DNA of 56,544 nt from a virus (Duplodnaviria; Caudoviricetes). The DNA lies in IMG/VR virus record IMGVR_UViG_3300046779_000899, positions 1-56,544 of that record. One strand, written 5' to 3'. The notes beneath the pieces were generated by a model, which worked only from the letters and a program-made list of their open reading frames with translations, was not told where the DNA came from and did no database searches. Position 1 is the stretch's first letter, and each line of letters begins with the position of its first letter. Below, piece by piece: positions 20,582 to 33,468 of this stretch. The translations under genes were made by a program, and so were the position numbers.

Positions 20582-21594
20582 TGACAACAATCGAAGAGGC
20601 GTTAGCACAGCTAGATCCTAAGATACGCAAGCGTCTGGGGCCTGCTGTAGGTATTAAAACAGAGTTTCAACCTACTCCTAGTCCAGGTCTTAACAAGGCT
20701 TTGGGTGGCGGATTGCCATATGGTAGACAGGTTTTGCTGTGGGGCAGCAAGTCAAGTGCTAAGTCGTCTCTATGTCTACAGACAATCGGTTTGGCTCAAA
20801 AAGAAGGCAAGCTATGTGCCTGGGTAGATGCCGAAATGTCATATGATGAGGAATGGGCAAAGAAGCTTGGTGTTGATACCACGCAGCTAATTTATTCAGA
20901 AGCACGTAGCATTAACGATATGGTTGATGTAACTGTTGCACTGCTGCATGCAGGTGTAGACATGATTGTTATTGACTCAATTAGCTCTTTGCTGCCAGCG
21001 GTATACTTTGAAAAAGATTCTACCGAACTAAAGCAGCTGGACCAGACTAAGCAGATTGGATCAGAATCTAAAGACCTAAAGCATGCTTGGATGATGATTA
21101 ACTATGCTAATAACCAGGAAAAGCCAGCACTAGTTGTTGCCATCTCTCAGGCACGTAATAATATTACTGCAATGTATACGCAGTCTGTACCTACTGGTGG
21201 AAATGCTACGCAGTTTTTCTCATCAACTATTATCAAGCTATTCTCGTCTGGATCAGACAACCAGGCAATTAAGGCTAAGATTAAGGTTGGGGACAAGCTT
21301 ATCGAGCAAAAGGTTGGTAGAAAGATTCGCTGGGAAGTTCAGAACTCTAAGACATCTGCACCAGGAGATAGCGGAGAGTATGACTTCTACTTCAAGGGAG
21401 ACGAGATTGGTATTGATGCAGTAGGAGACCTTGTAGATACCGCAGAACTCCTAGGAATTGTAGAGCGAACTGGTGCCTGGTATATCTTGCCAGATGGCTC
21501 AAAAGTGCAAGGCAGGGATGCATTTGTAAACCATGTTAAGGGTGACAAAGAGCTTCAGGAATCAATCAGGGCAAAGATCAATGGCGAAGTATAA
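20581..21594 (+). CDS. RecA/UvsX-like recombinase
   Basis: LGGGLPYGR, WVDAE, VIDSI, GAWY motifs; variant Walker A GSKSSAKS. Confidence 0.9.
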   Translation: MTTIEEALAQLDPKIRKRLGPAVGIKTEFQPTPSPGLNKALGGGLPYGRQVLLWGSKSSAKSSLCLQTIGLAQKEGKLCAWVDAEMSYDEEWAKKLGVDTTQLIYSEARSINDMVDVTVALLHAGVDMIVIDSISSLLPAVYFEKDSTELKQLDQTKQIGSESKDLKHAWMMINYANNQEKPALVVAISQARNNITAMYTQSVPTGGNATQFFSSTIIKLFSSGSDNQAIKAKIKVGDKLIEQKVGRKIRWEVQNSKTSAPGDSGEYDFYFKGDEIGIDAVGDLVDTAELLGIVERTGAWYILPDGSKVQGRDAFVNHVKGDKELQESIRAKINGEV

Positions 21595-21766
21595 CATTTA
21601 TAGTGGTCAGTTTAAATGCCAAGTTTGTGGCAAGAGCGTGAACTCGCTTAGATCGTATCCAGAAACTAAAGAGCTTACGTGGATGTGCTCTGATAAGCAT
21701 GTTAGCAGGGTAAGCCTAGATACTAAAAAGAGCAAGAAAGATTATGAGCGAAAAGAGCGAGAGTAA
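21581..21766 (+). CDS. Small zinc-ribbon protein
   Basis: CQVC...CSDKH; start reassigned to ATG 21581. Confidence 0.6.
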   Translation: MAKYNIYSGQFKCQVCGKSVNSLRSYPETKELTWMCSDKHVSRVSLDTKKSKKDYERKERE

Positions 21767-22028
21767 ACGTATTGGTGCCAAGCAGCACAAAAACTCTGGC
21801 AGGGGAACTCACAAGGGAGATGCCACATGGGAGAACTTCACGGTTGATTTTAAAGAGGTGGGTAAAAGCTTTACTATTAACCGTGAGGTTTGGGCGAAGG
21901 CTACTACTGATGCTATTAGAAATAACAATGATCCTGCAATTGTGGTTGTTATTGGAGATAGTGGCATTAAAACACGATTAGCTATAATCGAGCTTGGCCT
22001 GCTAGAGCAGCTAATCGATGGGGTATAA
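21744..22028 (+). CDS. Hjc-like PD-(D/E)XK nuclease / Holliday junction resolvase
   Basis: E...NSG...KGD...VDFKE pattern. Confidence 0.65.
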   Translation: MSEKSESKRIGAKQHKNSGRGTHKGDATWENFTVDFKEVGKSFTINREVWAKATTDAIRNNNDPAIVVVIGDSGIKTRLAIIELGLLEQLIDGV

Positions 22029-22035
22029 TAGTAGC

Positions 22036-22671
22036 ATGAACTATGATGAATTGGTAAAGTCTCAGCCATATGTAAGTAACCAAGACTTCGAACCCATAGT
22101 GGTTTCAGATGTTTTGCTGCCAGAACATATTGAAGAGATATACCAAACAATATCATACCTACCAGAAGAAAAGACTAGAGTGCAGCCATGGGCTGGACAC
22201 AAGATATGGGATACTACATTCTCAAAAGAGATCGAGGATAGAATAACCAAAGTCGCACAGTCTGTACTAGGTGATGCTGTAGTTTTAAACTACGACTATT
22301 CTTTCGCTAGATACTCTAGAAAATTTGGCTATGAGTGCAAGCTATTTCCACACTATGACACCAGAGAATCACAGAGAATAACTTTTGACATTCAGTTGAG
22401 AGCTAGTGAACCATGGGCAGTTGTTGTAGAGAACAAGAGATTCCCACTAGAAGATAACCAGGCTTTAATATTTGCAGGCACACAGCAAATTCACTGGAGA
22501 GAAAACATTACAATCTCAGAGGATGCAGAAATCGATATGATATTCTGCCATTTGGAGTATGTAGATTCAAAACCATTAGATCCTGGACAGGATGAAATTT
22601 TACGTGAAAGAGCAGACTTCCTAATGCGAGAGTCTGGGATTGGAAATGAGGTAATCACAAATGAAGTCTAA
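22036..22671 (+). CDS. 2OG-Fe(II) oxygenase-like protein (1 of 3 tandem)
   Basis: PHYD...QIHWRE; leaderless ATG 6 nt after TATAAT. Confidence 0.75.
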   Translation: MNYDELVKSQPYVSNQDFEPIVVSDVLLPEHIEEIYQTISYLPEEKTRVQPWAGHKIWDTTFSKEIEDRITKVAQSVLGDAVVLNYDYSFARYSRKFGYECKLFPHYDTRESQRITFDIQLRASEPWAVVVENKRFPLEDNQALIFAGTQQIHWRENITISEDAEIDMIFCHLEYVDSKPLDPGQDEILRERADFLMRESGIGNEVITNEV

Positions 22672-23242
22672 TGAAGTTAATGAGGTCATTAAGGGCTTGC
22701 TTACTGAGGATGAGGTCAAGGAGATCTATACAGAAGTAGAAAAGTCCTACAATAACTATATTATGGAACATCTTGGTCAGCAAGTGTTTGACTTTAGAAT
22801 GCCAGATTCTGTGATGCACAAAATCCTAAAGGTATGTAAAGAGCTTTCTGGAATAGAAGACTTGATCCTAGAGGCATATCAGTTTGCTAGATATGAAAAA
22901 TTTGTTAGACCAGACGGAGTCGTTTCAATCCCAAAGCTGGCACCACACCACGACACCTTTGATCAGCCAAGATTTACATTTGACTATCAATTAGGGTCAA
23001 ACATATCATGGCCTATCTTTGTAGAGGGCAAAGAGGCTATCTTGGAGGATAATGATGCCCTCACATTTAGTGGCACTCATCAGGTACACTGGAGGCCAGA
23101 ACGAGAGTGGACAGAGGGAGAGTATGTGGATATGATTTTCTGCCACCTGCACTCACCAAGCTCAGAGCCAATAACAAAAGAGCACAATGAATTAATGTTT
23201 GCTAGAGGTAAAGAATACCGTGACAAGGTTGGAATCGAGTAA
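22661..23242 (+). CDS. 2OG-Fe(II) oxygenase-like protein (2 of 3 tandem)
   Basis: PHHD...QVHWRP. Confidence 0.75.
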   Translation: MKSNEVNEVIKGLLTEDEVKEIYTEVEKSYNNYIMEHLGQQVFDFRMPDSVMHKILKVCKELSGIEDLILEAYQFARYEKFVRPDGVVSIPKLAPHHDTFDQPRFTFDYQLGSNISWPIFVEGKEAILEDNDALTFSGTHQVHWRPEREWTEGEYVDMIFCHLHSPSSEPITKEHNELMFARGKEYRDKVGIE

Positions 23243-23244
23243 TT

Positions 23245-23976
23245 ATGACTGTCGCTCCTATGCACAAGTATCTAACTGGCTTTGAGCGTTATAATAAAGC
23301 TTTGCCAATCTATGTAGAAAGACCATTCTCTATATCTGAAGTACAAGAGCTAAGAGACGCTATAGACACAATTCGATCACGTCCACTGGCTTCAGAGGTC
23401 TTGCCAGGGGACAAAGAAGAGTTTACTAGCAGTGTCAGCAGGCTAGATCCTAGAATTATGACTCACATGTCTAGGATGATTATTGAATTTAATTGCCCAG
23501 ATTCTATTGAGACTATCATGGACTCATACTGCAAGCCAATACATAAAGATGAAATAAAGCTTGCACATTACAGCTATATCGACTATAATTTAAAGTACGG
23601 TGATGGAAGGTATGAGCCATCTCTGCCACCCCACATAGATAGTAATGAAAACTTAGTTACATTTAACTATCAACTTGATGGAAATATAGACTGGGAGATA
23701 TATATTGACAATCAGCCATACGACCTTAAAACTGGCGATGCCATTATTTTTAGTGCAGTCAATCAGGTACACTGGAGGCCAAGGCGTGAATGGAAAGAGG
23801 GGGATTTCCTGGAGATTGTAACGTTTGATTACTCTCCACCAACAGATTGGGCATTCACTGGCGAAGACGACCCAATTGATCCAATTAAATACCCAGAACG
23901 CCTCAAGGCTTACCTAGAAGATTTATCTACAAAAAAGCAGTACCAAGATGCCTGGAACATGTATAATAGACTTTAA
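23245..23976 (+). CDS. 2OG-Fe(II) oxygenase-like protein (3 of 3 tandem)
   Basis: PHID...QVHWRP. Confidence 0.75.
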   Translation: MTVAPMHKYLTGFERYNKALPIYVERPFSISEVQELRDAIDTIRSRPLASEVLPGDKEEFTSSVSRLDPRIMTHMSRMIIEFNCPDSIETIMDSYCKPIHKDEIKLAHYSYIDYNLKYGDGRYEPSLPPHIDSNENLVTFNYQLDGNIDWEIYIDNQPYDLKTGDAIIFSAVNQVHWRPRREWKEGDFLEIVTFDYSPPTDWAFTGEDDPIDPIKYPERLKAYLEDLSTKKQYQDAWNMYNRL

Positions 23977-23997
23977 GAATAAAAAAGAAAGAAAATA

Positions 23998-24303
23998 ATG
24001 CAACAAGACAAAACAACAATAGATATGGTGAATGGGCTAGCAGAAATAGCCGATTTCATGAATGACGAAGAGCTGACTCAGGCACTTACCGTCATTGCAA
24101 AATTAATTATTAAACCAGATATTCCAATCAATGTGGCTACGCTAGAGATCGTAAGACTTCAGGCAATTGCTGCTAAGATGGCATTTAGGGCAACCTGGAT
24201 GGTAAACGTTGAAAAGGGAAATCGAGAGAAGAAGAACATATACTTTACGGCTCACGAGGCAATTACAGACCTTGTAGCAGCTCTTAAGTATATTGTTCGA
24301 TAG
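23998..24303 (+). CDS. Hypothetical protein
   Basis: Helical ORF preceding the exonuclease. Confidence 0.6.
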   Translation: MQQDKTTIDMVNGLAEIADFMNDEELTQALTVIAKLIIKPDIPINVATLEIVRLQAIAAKMAFRATWMVNVEKGNREKKNIYFTAHEAITDLVAALKYIVR

Positions 24304-24311
24304 GATTAGTT

Positions 24312-25124
24312 ATGGCTAAGAGTTTACTAAAGCAAGTTCTGCTGGATACAAAGCCAGCAAAGATTAAGAATTCATTTCTTGACACTGACGCATTAATCGA
24401 GAAAATAAATTCTGGTTACATTATTAATCGTGTTGATAAGTTTCAGCAAAAGAAAACTTTTGCACCAAGCACTATCGCATTCTCTCACGGAGAGTGTCCT
24501 CGTTATTGGTATCTAGCATTTACTGGTGCCAACTTTGTAGATAATGCAGATGCCTATGGTGGTGCTAATATGACTGCTGGTACAAAGTCTCACGAGCGAA
24601 TTCAGGAAGCAATGGGCAATGTCCCAGGACTGCTTGTTGATTCAGAGTTCAAGATCACCTATGATGATCCTCCAATCTTTGGGTACGGGGACGTAATGTT
24701 AAACTGGGATGACAATGAGCTACTTGGCGAAATTAAGACAATGCCAAATGAAGGTTTCGAGTATAGAAAAAACAGTGGTAAGCCAAAGCTTGGCCACCTA
24801 GTTCAGCTACTTATTTATATGAAAATAAAGAATAAGGGTAAGGCAGTTCTAATATACGAGAATAAAAATAATCATGATTTGCTGGTTTTTCCAATCGAGC
24901 TAAACCAGTACATGTATGAGTGGGTAGAGAACACATTTGAGTGGATGAGAACGGTACGGAAGGCTTGGGAAAACAAGCAGCTTCCACAAAAGAACTATCG
25001 TTCCAATTCTAAGATATGCAAGACTTGTCCTATTAAGGATGCTTGCGATAATGCTGGGCTTGGAGACATTGAAATTAAATCCTTGGAGCCCTTAGATGAA
25101 GACAAAGCATTGCCAATGGTGTGA
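24312..25124 (+). CDS. Cas4-like PD-(D/E)XK exonuclease
   Basis: CPR...GTKSHERIQ...GYGD...EIKT...QLLIY...CKTCPIKDAC (4-Cys Fe-S pattern). Confidence 0.85.
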   Translation: MAKSLLKQVLLDTKPAKIKNSFLDTDALIEKINSGYIINRVDKFQQKKTFAPSTIAFSHGECPRYWYLAFTGANFVDNADAYGGANMTAGTKSHERIQEAMGNVPGLLVDSEFKITYDDPPIFGYGDVMLNWDDNELLGEIKTMPNEGFEYRKNSGKPKLGHLVQLLIYMKIKNKGKAVLIYENKNNHDLLVFPIELNQYMYEWVENTFEWMRTVRKAWENKQLPQKNYRSNSKICKTCPIKDACDNAGLGDIEIKSLEPLDEDKALPMV

Positions 25125-25395
25125 CAATAATTTTGAGACTGAAATACCATATCAAATATATTGTTCCGTAGCCTGTAGAGATCTTGCTACTAGAGAAAAG
25201 ATTGCAGCAAGATACCATATTGCCAGAAGAAAGAAAAGAACTGGCAAGGTTAGGCTTTGCAATTCATGTGGAAATAATTTGTCTATTTACAACGATGATT
25301 CGCTATGTCAGAATTGTCTTGTAAATCCAAAAGAGGTGTCCAAGATACTACGAGAAATTAAGGGGTTTGCCAATGGCAAGCATAAGGAAGAATAA
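25096..25395 (+). CDS. Zinc-finger protein
   Basis: CQWC, YCSVAC, CNSC, CQNC. Confidence 0.65.
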   Translation: MKTKHCQWCDNNFETEIPYQIYCSVACRDLATREKIAARYHIARRKKRTGKVRLCNSCGNNLSIYNDDSLCQNCLVNPKEVSKILREIKGFANGKHKEE

Positions 25396-25948
25396 TGAGA
25401 AGCCCAAAAATATTTGTGCTATCGATGCTAGCACTAATAGCCTTGCTTTTGCTATCTTTTCTGGTAATACCTTAGTTAGGTACGGAAAGATTAAGTTTGA
25501 GGGTACAAATGCATATCAGAAACTTGGAGATGCAGCAAAGAAGTCAATGCCATTCTTTAAATTGTTTGAGATAGATGCAATTGTGATTGAGCACACTGTA
25601 TTTATTAATAGCCCAAAGACAGCATCTGACTTGGCTTTGATCCAGGGAGCACTGCTTGGTGCTGCCAGAATATCTGGGGTACGTACAGCAGGCTCTATTA
25701 ATCCAATAACTTGGCAAAGCTTTATTGGTAACAATAAGCTGACTGCCAAGGAGAAGCAGGATCTGATGGCTGAGTTTCCAGGTAAGTCCAAGAACTGGTA
25801 TCAAAACAAGTCTCGTGAAATAAGAAAGCAGCGAACTATCAAGTTTGTTAATACTTACTACGATAAAGACGTTCACGATGATGACGTTGCAGATGCCATT
25901 GGTATTGGGCACTATGCAATAAATAACTGGGGAAAGATTGACAAATAA
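25373..25948 (+). CDS. RuvC-like resolvase
   Basis: AIDAST, IVIE, DDVADAIGIG. Confidence 0.8.
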   Translation: MASIRKNNEKPKNICAIDASTNSLAFAIFSGNTLVRYGKIKFEGTNAYQKLGDAAKKSMPFFKLFEIDAIVIEHTVFINSPKTASDLALIQGALLGAARISGVRTAGSINPITWQSFIGNNKLTAKEKQDLMAEFPGKSKNWYQNKSREIRKQRTIKFVNTYYDKDVHDDDVADAIGIGHYAINNWGKIDK

Positions 25949-25966
25949 ATGGCAAAGCTGTATACT
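25938..25966 (+). promoter_or_regulatory. Promoter at the RuvC/HTH junction
   Basis: TTGACA-17-TATACT. Confidence 0.65.
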
Positions 25967-26101
25967 AATGAAGCATGGTTAAAAAAGCGATATTGGCTAG
26001 ATAAGAAAACTCCAGAAGAAATCGCCAAGGAATGCGGAACTAGCGTAGAAACAATCTATGTCTATTTAGCTAAATTTAAACTAAGAAGGTCAAAACGATG
26101 A
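25949..26101 (+). CDS. Small HTH protein (not in ORF track)
   Basis: Manual translation MAKLYTNEAWLKKRYWLDKKTPEEIAKECGTSVETIYVYLAKFKLRRSKR; fills the gap, ATGA overlap with the next gene. Confidence 0.7.
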   Translation: MAKLYTNEAWLKKRYWLDKKTPEEIAKECGTSVETIYVYLAKFKLRRSKR

Positions 26102-26337
26102 GTAGCAATTTAGAGATTCATGTAGATCAGGTAAACCACCCACAACACTACATTTCCGATCCAAGTGGTGTAGAGTGTATTCAGATCACTAGACACAGAA
26201 ATTTTAATATTGGAAATGCCATTAAGTACTTGTGGAGAGCAGGATTAAAGAATGAAGATAAGCATATTGAAGATCTTAAAAAAGCCATCTTTTATATTAA
26301 TGACGAGATTGAACGACTACAAGGACTTAGCAAATGA
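26098..26337 (+). CDS. DUF3310-like protein
   Basis: VNHPQHY...GNAIKYLWRAGLK...EDLKKAIFY. Confidence 0.85.
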   Translation: MSSNLEIHVDQVNHPQHYISDPSGVECIQITRHRNFNIGNAIKYLWRAGLKNEDKHIEDLKKAIFYINDEIERLQGLSK

Positions 26338-26594
26338 CCCAGAAATTAACTCACGAAGATAGCTTTGTAACTGCCGAGGGTTTTCAGATATCACGTGGCG
26401 ACATGATTCGGGTACGTGGGGAATACGGAATTCAGTTTAAGTTTTGGAGTCTAACAACTAATCAGGCCTCTGGAAGTGTCTGGGTAGACTGCTTTGAAGT
26501 TTTCCGTGGACGTGCTGGGGCCTTCAGGTCATTCCGCATAGATCGTATTAAGCGTATCCCACAAAGAGGAAAGAGGGCCAAGCGTGTCGTTTGA
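26334..26594 (+). CDS. Hypothetical protein (SH3-like)
   Basis: Coupled ORF; GDMIRVRG...FRSFRIDRIK. Confidence 0.55.
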   Translation: MTQKLTHEDSFVTAEGFQISRGDMIRVRGEYGIQFKFWSLTTNQASGSVWVDCFEVFRGRAGAFRSFRIDRIKRIPQRGKRAKRVV

Positions 26595-27123
26595 AGAATT
26601 AACAGTAGAACATCTTGATGAAGTTAACAAGGTTGTAGAAAAATACCTTGCAGGAAATGATCCTACCCAAATTTCTAAAGAGCTTGCAATGCCACGGCAG
26701 AGGGTTGTGTCATACATTAATGAGTGGCGTACCATGGCTGCAGATAATGCCGCTATTCGTGCTCGTGCCAAAGAGGCACTGGTGGGTGCAGATACTCATT
26801 ACTCTAAGCTAATTCAGAAAGCCTATGAGGTTATTGATGAGGCAACTACAGTTGCAAACCTGGGTGCAAAGACCGCAGGTATTAAGTTGGTAATGGATCT
26901 AGAGTCTAAGCGTATTGACATGCTTCAAAAGGCTGGGCTACTAGAGAACAAAGAGCTTGCAGAGGAGATGGTTGAAATTGAAAACCGCCAAGAAGTTCTT
27001 GTTAGCATTCTTAAAGATATCGCTGCAGAGCATCCAGAGGTACGGGACAAGATTATGCGTAGGCTGTCAGAGGCCTCCAAAGAAAAAGAAGTAATTACGG
27101 TAGTGGTAAATAACGATGTTTGA
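26584..27123 (+). CDS. HTH/coiled-coil protein, probable terminase small subunit
   Basis: N-terminal HTH; overlaps the large subunit start. Confidence 0.55.
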   Translation: MSFEELTVEHLDEVNKVVEKYLAGNDPTQISKELAMPRQRVVSYINEWRTMAADNAAIRARAKEALVGADTHYSKLIQKAYEVIDEATTVANLGAKTAGIKLVMDLESKRIDMLQKAGLLENKELAEEMVEIENRQEVLVSILKDIAAEHPEVRDKIMRRLSEASKEKEVITVVVNNDV

Positions 27124-28891
27124 TGATTTTTTAGAAGCACTGAAAGCTGATAATTTTGCAGAGCGTCCTGTAGACGCTAAGACATTCGTCGAGGGCGAAG
27201 AGTATCTTAATCAGCCACCGCTATCTCAAATTCAGTATGACATTGTGGAAGCAATGAGCCAAATCTACAAACTAGAAGATCTTATTGAGCTAATGGGGGA
27301 AGAGGATGGAAGGCGTTACTATAAGAAGTATACAAAGAATGAGGTCATTCTACAGCTTGGTAAGGGGTCTGGTAAAGACTTTACTTCAACAGTTGCATGT
27401 GCTTATATTGTGTATAAGCTACTTTGCCTTAAAGATCCTGCTCGTTATTTTGGTAAACCTTCTGGTGACGCTATCGATATTATTAACGTTGCGATCAACG
27501 CACAGCAGGCTAAGAACGTCTTCTTTAAAGGTTTTAAAACAAAGATTGAAAGGTCTCCGTGGTTTGCTGGCAAGTTTAACCCTAAAGCAGAAAGTATCGA
27601 ATTTGATCATTCTATCACGGTATATTCTGGACACTCAGAACGAGAATCACATGAGGGTCTCAACCTCATTCTTGCTGTACTGGATGAGATCTCTGGTTTT
27701 GCTCAGGAGATTGGAACTGGTAACGACCAAGGTAAAACGGCAGATAACATCTATAAGGCCTTCCGTGCGTCCGTAGACTCTCGTTTTCCAGACCTTGGCA
27801 AGGTGGCACTACTATCCTTCCCCCGTTATCCAGGTGACTTCATTTCTACTAGATACGACGACGTTATCGCTGAAAAGGAAGTTGTTCATAAGACTCATAA
27901 GTTTATTATGAATCCAGATCTTCCAGAAAATGCTGAGGGTAACTCATTAGAGATTGAGTGGGACGAAGACAATATCATCTCCTACAAGTATCCAGGAATG
28001 TTTGCACTAAAGAGACCAACCTGGGTAGTCAATCCTACACGAAAGATTGATGACTTTAAGCTAGCATTTTATACAGACATTGGGGATGCCATGCAGCGTT
28101 TTGCATGTGTTCCAACATTTGCTTCTGATGCATTCTTTAAGCAGCAAGACAAGGTTCGTGCCTGCATGACCATCAGGAACCCAATCGACTCTGCCAAAAG
28201 ATTTGATGAAACCTTTAAGCCAGATCCAGAAAAGACATACTATGTGCATGCTGACCTTGCACAGAAGCACGACAAGTGTGCTGTTGCAATTGCTCACGTA
28301 GAGAAGTGGGTGTCTGTTCAGGTCATGAGAGATTATGAGCAGGTAGTTCCAATGGTTGTAGTAGATGCTGTAGTATACTGGGAGCCACGTATTGAAGGAC
28401 CAGTAAACCTATCAGAGGTAAAGCAGTGGATTCAGAATCTTCGTAGACAGGGATTTAATATTGGCATGGTCTCATTTGACCGTTGGCAATCATTCGATAT
28501 ACAGAATGAGTTAAAGTCTGTTGGTATGAGAACTGAAACGGTATCTGTGGCAAAGAAGCACTACGAAGACATGGCTATGCTAATATATGAAGAGCGTCTA
28601 GCAATGCCTGCAATTGATCTTTTGTTTGAAGAGCTAACTGAGTTAAAGATTATGAAGGGAAATAGGGTAGATCACCCTAGAAAGCTTTCCAAGGACCTTG
28701 CAGATGCTGTTTGTGGTGCAGTCTTTGGGGCTATCTCTCACACACCAAAATCTCAAAACCTTGAAGTAGAGGTTCATACTTTTAGAGATAGGCCAAAACA
28801 ACAGCTTGACACCGCAGATAACAATGTGATAAAATATAAACCTATGCCCAAAGAGGTGCAAGATTACTTACAAAGATTTGATTTAATATAA
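27116..28891 (+). CDS. terL: Terminase large subunit
   Basis: GKGSGKD Walker A, AVLDE Walker B, HADLA and KDLADAV nuclease motifs. Confidence 0.9.
   Translation: MFDDFLEALKADNFAERPVDAKTFVEGEEYLNQPPLSQIQYDIVEAMSQIYKLEDLIELMGEEDGRRYYKKYTKNEVILQLGKGSGKDFTSTVACAYIVYKLLCLKDPARYFGKPSGDAIDIINVAINAQQAKNVFFKGFKTKIERSPWFAGKFNPKAESIEFDHSITVYSGHSERESHEGLNLILAVLDEISGFAQEIGTGNDQGKTADNIYKAFRASVDSRFPDLGKVALLSFPRYPGDFISTRYDDVIAEKEVVHKTHKFIMNPDLPENAEGNSLEIEWDEDNIISYKYPGMFALKRPTWVVNPTRKIDDFKLAFYTDIGDAMQRFACVPTFASDAFFKQQDKVRACMTIRNPIDSAKRFDETFKPDPEKTYYVHADLAQKHDKCAVAIAHVEKWVSVQVMRDYEQVVPMVVVDAVVYWEPRIEGPVNLSEVKQWIQNLRRQGFNIGMVSFDRWQSFDIQNELKSVGMRTETVSVAKKHYEDMAMLIYEERLAMPAIDLLFEELTELKIMKGNRVDHPRKLSKDLADAVCGAVFGAISHTPKSQNLEVEVHTFRDRPKQQLDTADNNVIKYKPMPKEVQDYLQRFDLI
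28806..28835 (+). promoter_or_regulatory. Promoter for the surface protein (in terL 3' end)
   Basis: TTGACA-18-TAAAAT with TG extension. Confidence 0.6.
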
Positions 28892-28919
28892 ATCAAAATA
28901 TAGAAAATAAAGGAGAAAA

Positions 28920-29840
28920 ATGACTTCATCAAAGAAGCCACTAATTGCCATTGCCTCTGCACTGGCACTTGCAGGATCTGTTATTCTTACAGGACCTGCT
29001 AACGCAGCCTCAGCTGCACTAACTGTTGCTGGAAGTGCTCCAGCCACCGCTGGTACTTCCTCTGCAACTGCAATTGCTCTCCCAGTACCTGCCGATAATA
29101 GTGTAGACGCTGCGGACGCATTGAAGATTGCTTTGACTGGCGTAACTGCTGGCAGCAATGTTGTAGTGACTGCCGTAAACGCAAAGGTAGTAACTGCAAT
29201 TACAACTGGATCTGCGACTGTCTCAGCAGCCGCTGGAACTAGCTCTGTAACCGTTTCAACTGGAACTGGAACCACTGCAGATGTATTTGTTTACACAACT
29301 ACAACTGACCTGGGAACTGTTTCAGTTACTGCAGACAACACTACTACAGTTTACTATGTCAAGGGTACAGCTGGATCAGCATACAACCTAACAGTTAACG
29401 CACCAGTTGTAGCAAACCTAGGAGCTGCTGTAGAGCTAATTGCCAAGGTAACTGACGTATTTGGAAATGCTGTAACTAACGCATCTATTTCATCTACAGT
29501 TATTCGTGGTACATTAACTACACTAACCTATGATGCAACAGACAAGCGTTATGAGGCAACTCTAACTGCACCAACTACTGCAGGAACTACTGTGATTGCT
29601 AACACAATTACTGCTTCTGCTGTAGCAGGTCTGCCAAAGCCAGCAACTGAGGTTATCTCAAACATTGCTGTTGCAGATCTAGCTGGACAGGTATCTACCT
29701 TGACTGCTAAGGTGGCAGAGCTTGAGGGTAAGCTTGCTCTTGCTGAAGCTGCTGCATCTGGTAACAAGGCTAAGTACAATGCTCTAGCAAAGAAGTGGAA
29801 CAAGAAGTTTCCAAAGTCAAAGGTTGCACTACTAAAGTAA
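28920..29840 (+). CDS. Exported Ig-like/S-layer-like surface protein
   Basis: Signal peptide ending PANA; Ala/Thr/Val-rich beta repeats with TDVFGNAV; coiled coil; basic C-terminus. Confidence 0.65.
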   Translation: MTSSKKPLIAIASALALAGSVILTGPANAASAALTVAGSAPATAGTSSATAIALPVPADNSVDAADALKIALTGVTAGSNVVVTAVNAKVVTAITTGSATVSAAAGTSSVTVSTGTGTTADVFVYTTTTDLGTVSVTADNTTTVYYVKGTAGSAYNLTVNAPVVANLGAAVELIAKVTDVFGNAVTNASISSTVIRGTLTTLTYDATDKRYEATLTAPTTAGTTVIANTITASAVAGLPKPATEVISNIAVADLAGQVSTLTAKVAELEGKLALAEAAASGNKAKYNALAKKWNKKFPKSKVALLK

Positions 29841-29850
29841 GCAACCTATA

Positions 29851-29890
29851 ATGGTAGAGGGGAAGGGAAAAATCTCTTCCCCTTTACTAT
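29851..29890 (+). terminator. 18-bp hairpin after the surface-protein gene
   Basis: ATGGTAGAGGGGAAGGGA-AAAA-TCTCTTCCCCTTTACTAT (with G-U pairs); weak U tail. Confidence 0.55.
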
Positions 29891-29919
29891 CACCAGATTA
29901 TAAAAAGGGGTTAGAATAG

Positions 29920-30313
29920 ATGTCCATAGATATTGTTTATTTCTCAAATTATTCTGGAAATACAAAAAGATTGGTAGAAAAACTAAATGGAACTGCTACT
30001 CGTATTCCTATTGATTGGGATAGTGGTAATCCTACCACTGTTTCTAGCGACTATATTCTTATTGTCCCTACTTATGGTGGGGGTAGTGAAAAGTCTGCAA
30101 TCCCACGACAGGTTCGATCTTTTTTAAATATCGAACAAAACAGAAACTTGTTACGTGGAGTAATAGGTACTGGAAATACAAATTTTGGGGAACATTTTTG
30201 CAAAGCAGCAGAAATGATTTCAGCTAAAACAGGTGTGCCCATCATTGCTAGGGTAGAAATATTCGGCACTGATTCGGACGTTGAAAAAATAAAAGAGAGG
30301 TTAGAGTTACTGT

Positions 30314-30321
<8 letters not shown>
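29920..30321 (+). CDS. nrdI: NrdI flavodoxin
   Basis: [23 protein letters not shown]. Confidence 0.95.
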
Positions 30322-33372
<3,051 letters not shown>

Positions 33373-33386
33373 TCTATAAATTGATT

Positions 33387-33413
33387 GGGTGGCTTCGGCC
33401 ACCCTTTCTTTTT
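33387..33413 (+). terminator. Intrinsic terminator
   Basis: GGGTGGC-TTCG-GCCACCC followed by TTTCTTTTT. Confidence 0.9.
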
Positions 33414-33468
33414 ATAAAAATGGTATAATTATACTGTTAGCCATACCCCACTAACAAGGAGTATTAAA

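Noticed and set aside
24312-25124. Cas4-like gene as evidence of a CRISPR-Cas system
   Set aside because: No repeat-spacer array or other cas genes in the window; solo Cas4-like exonucleases are normal in phage recombination modules.
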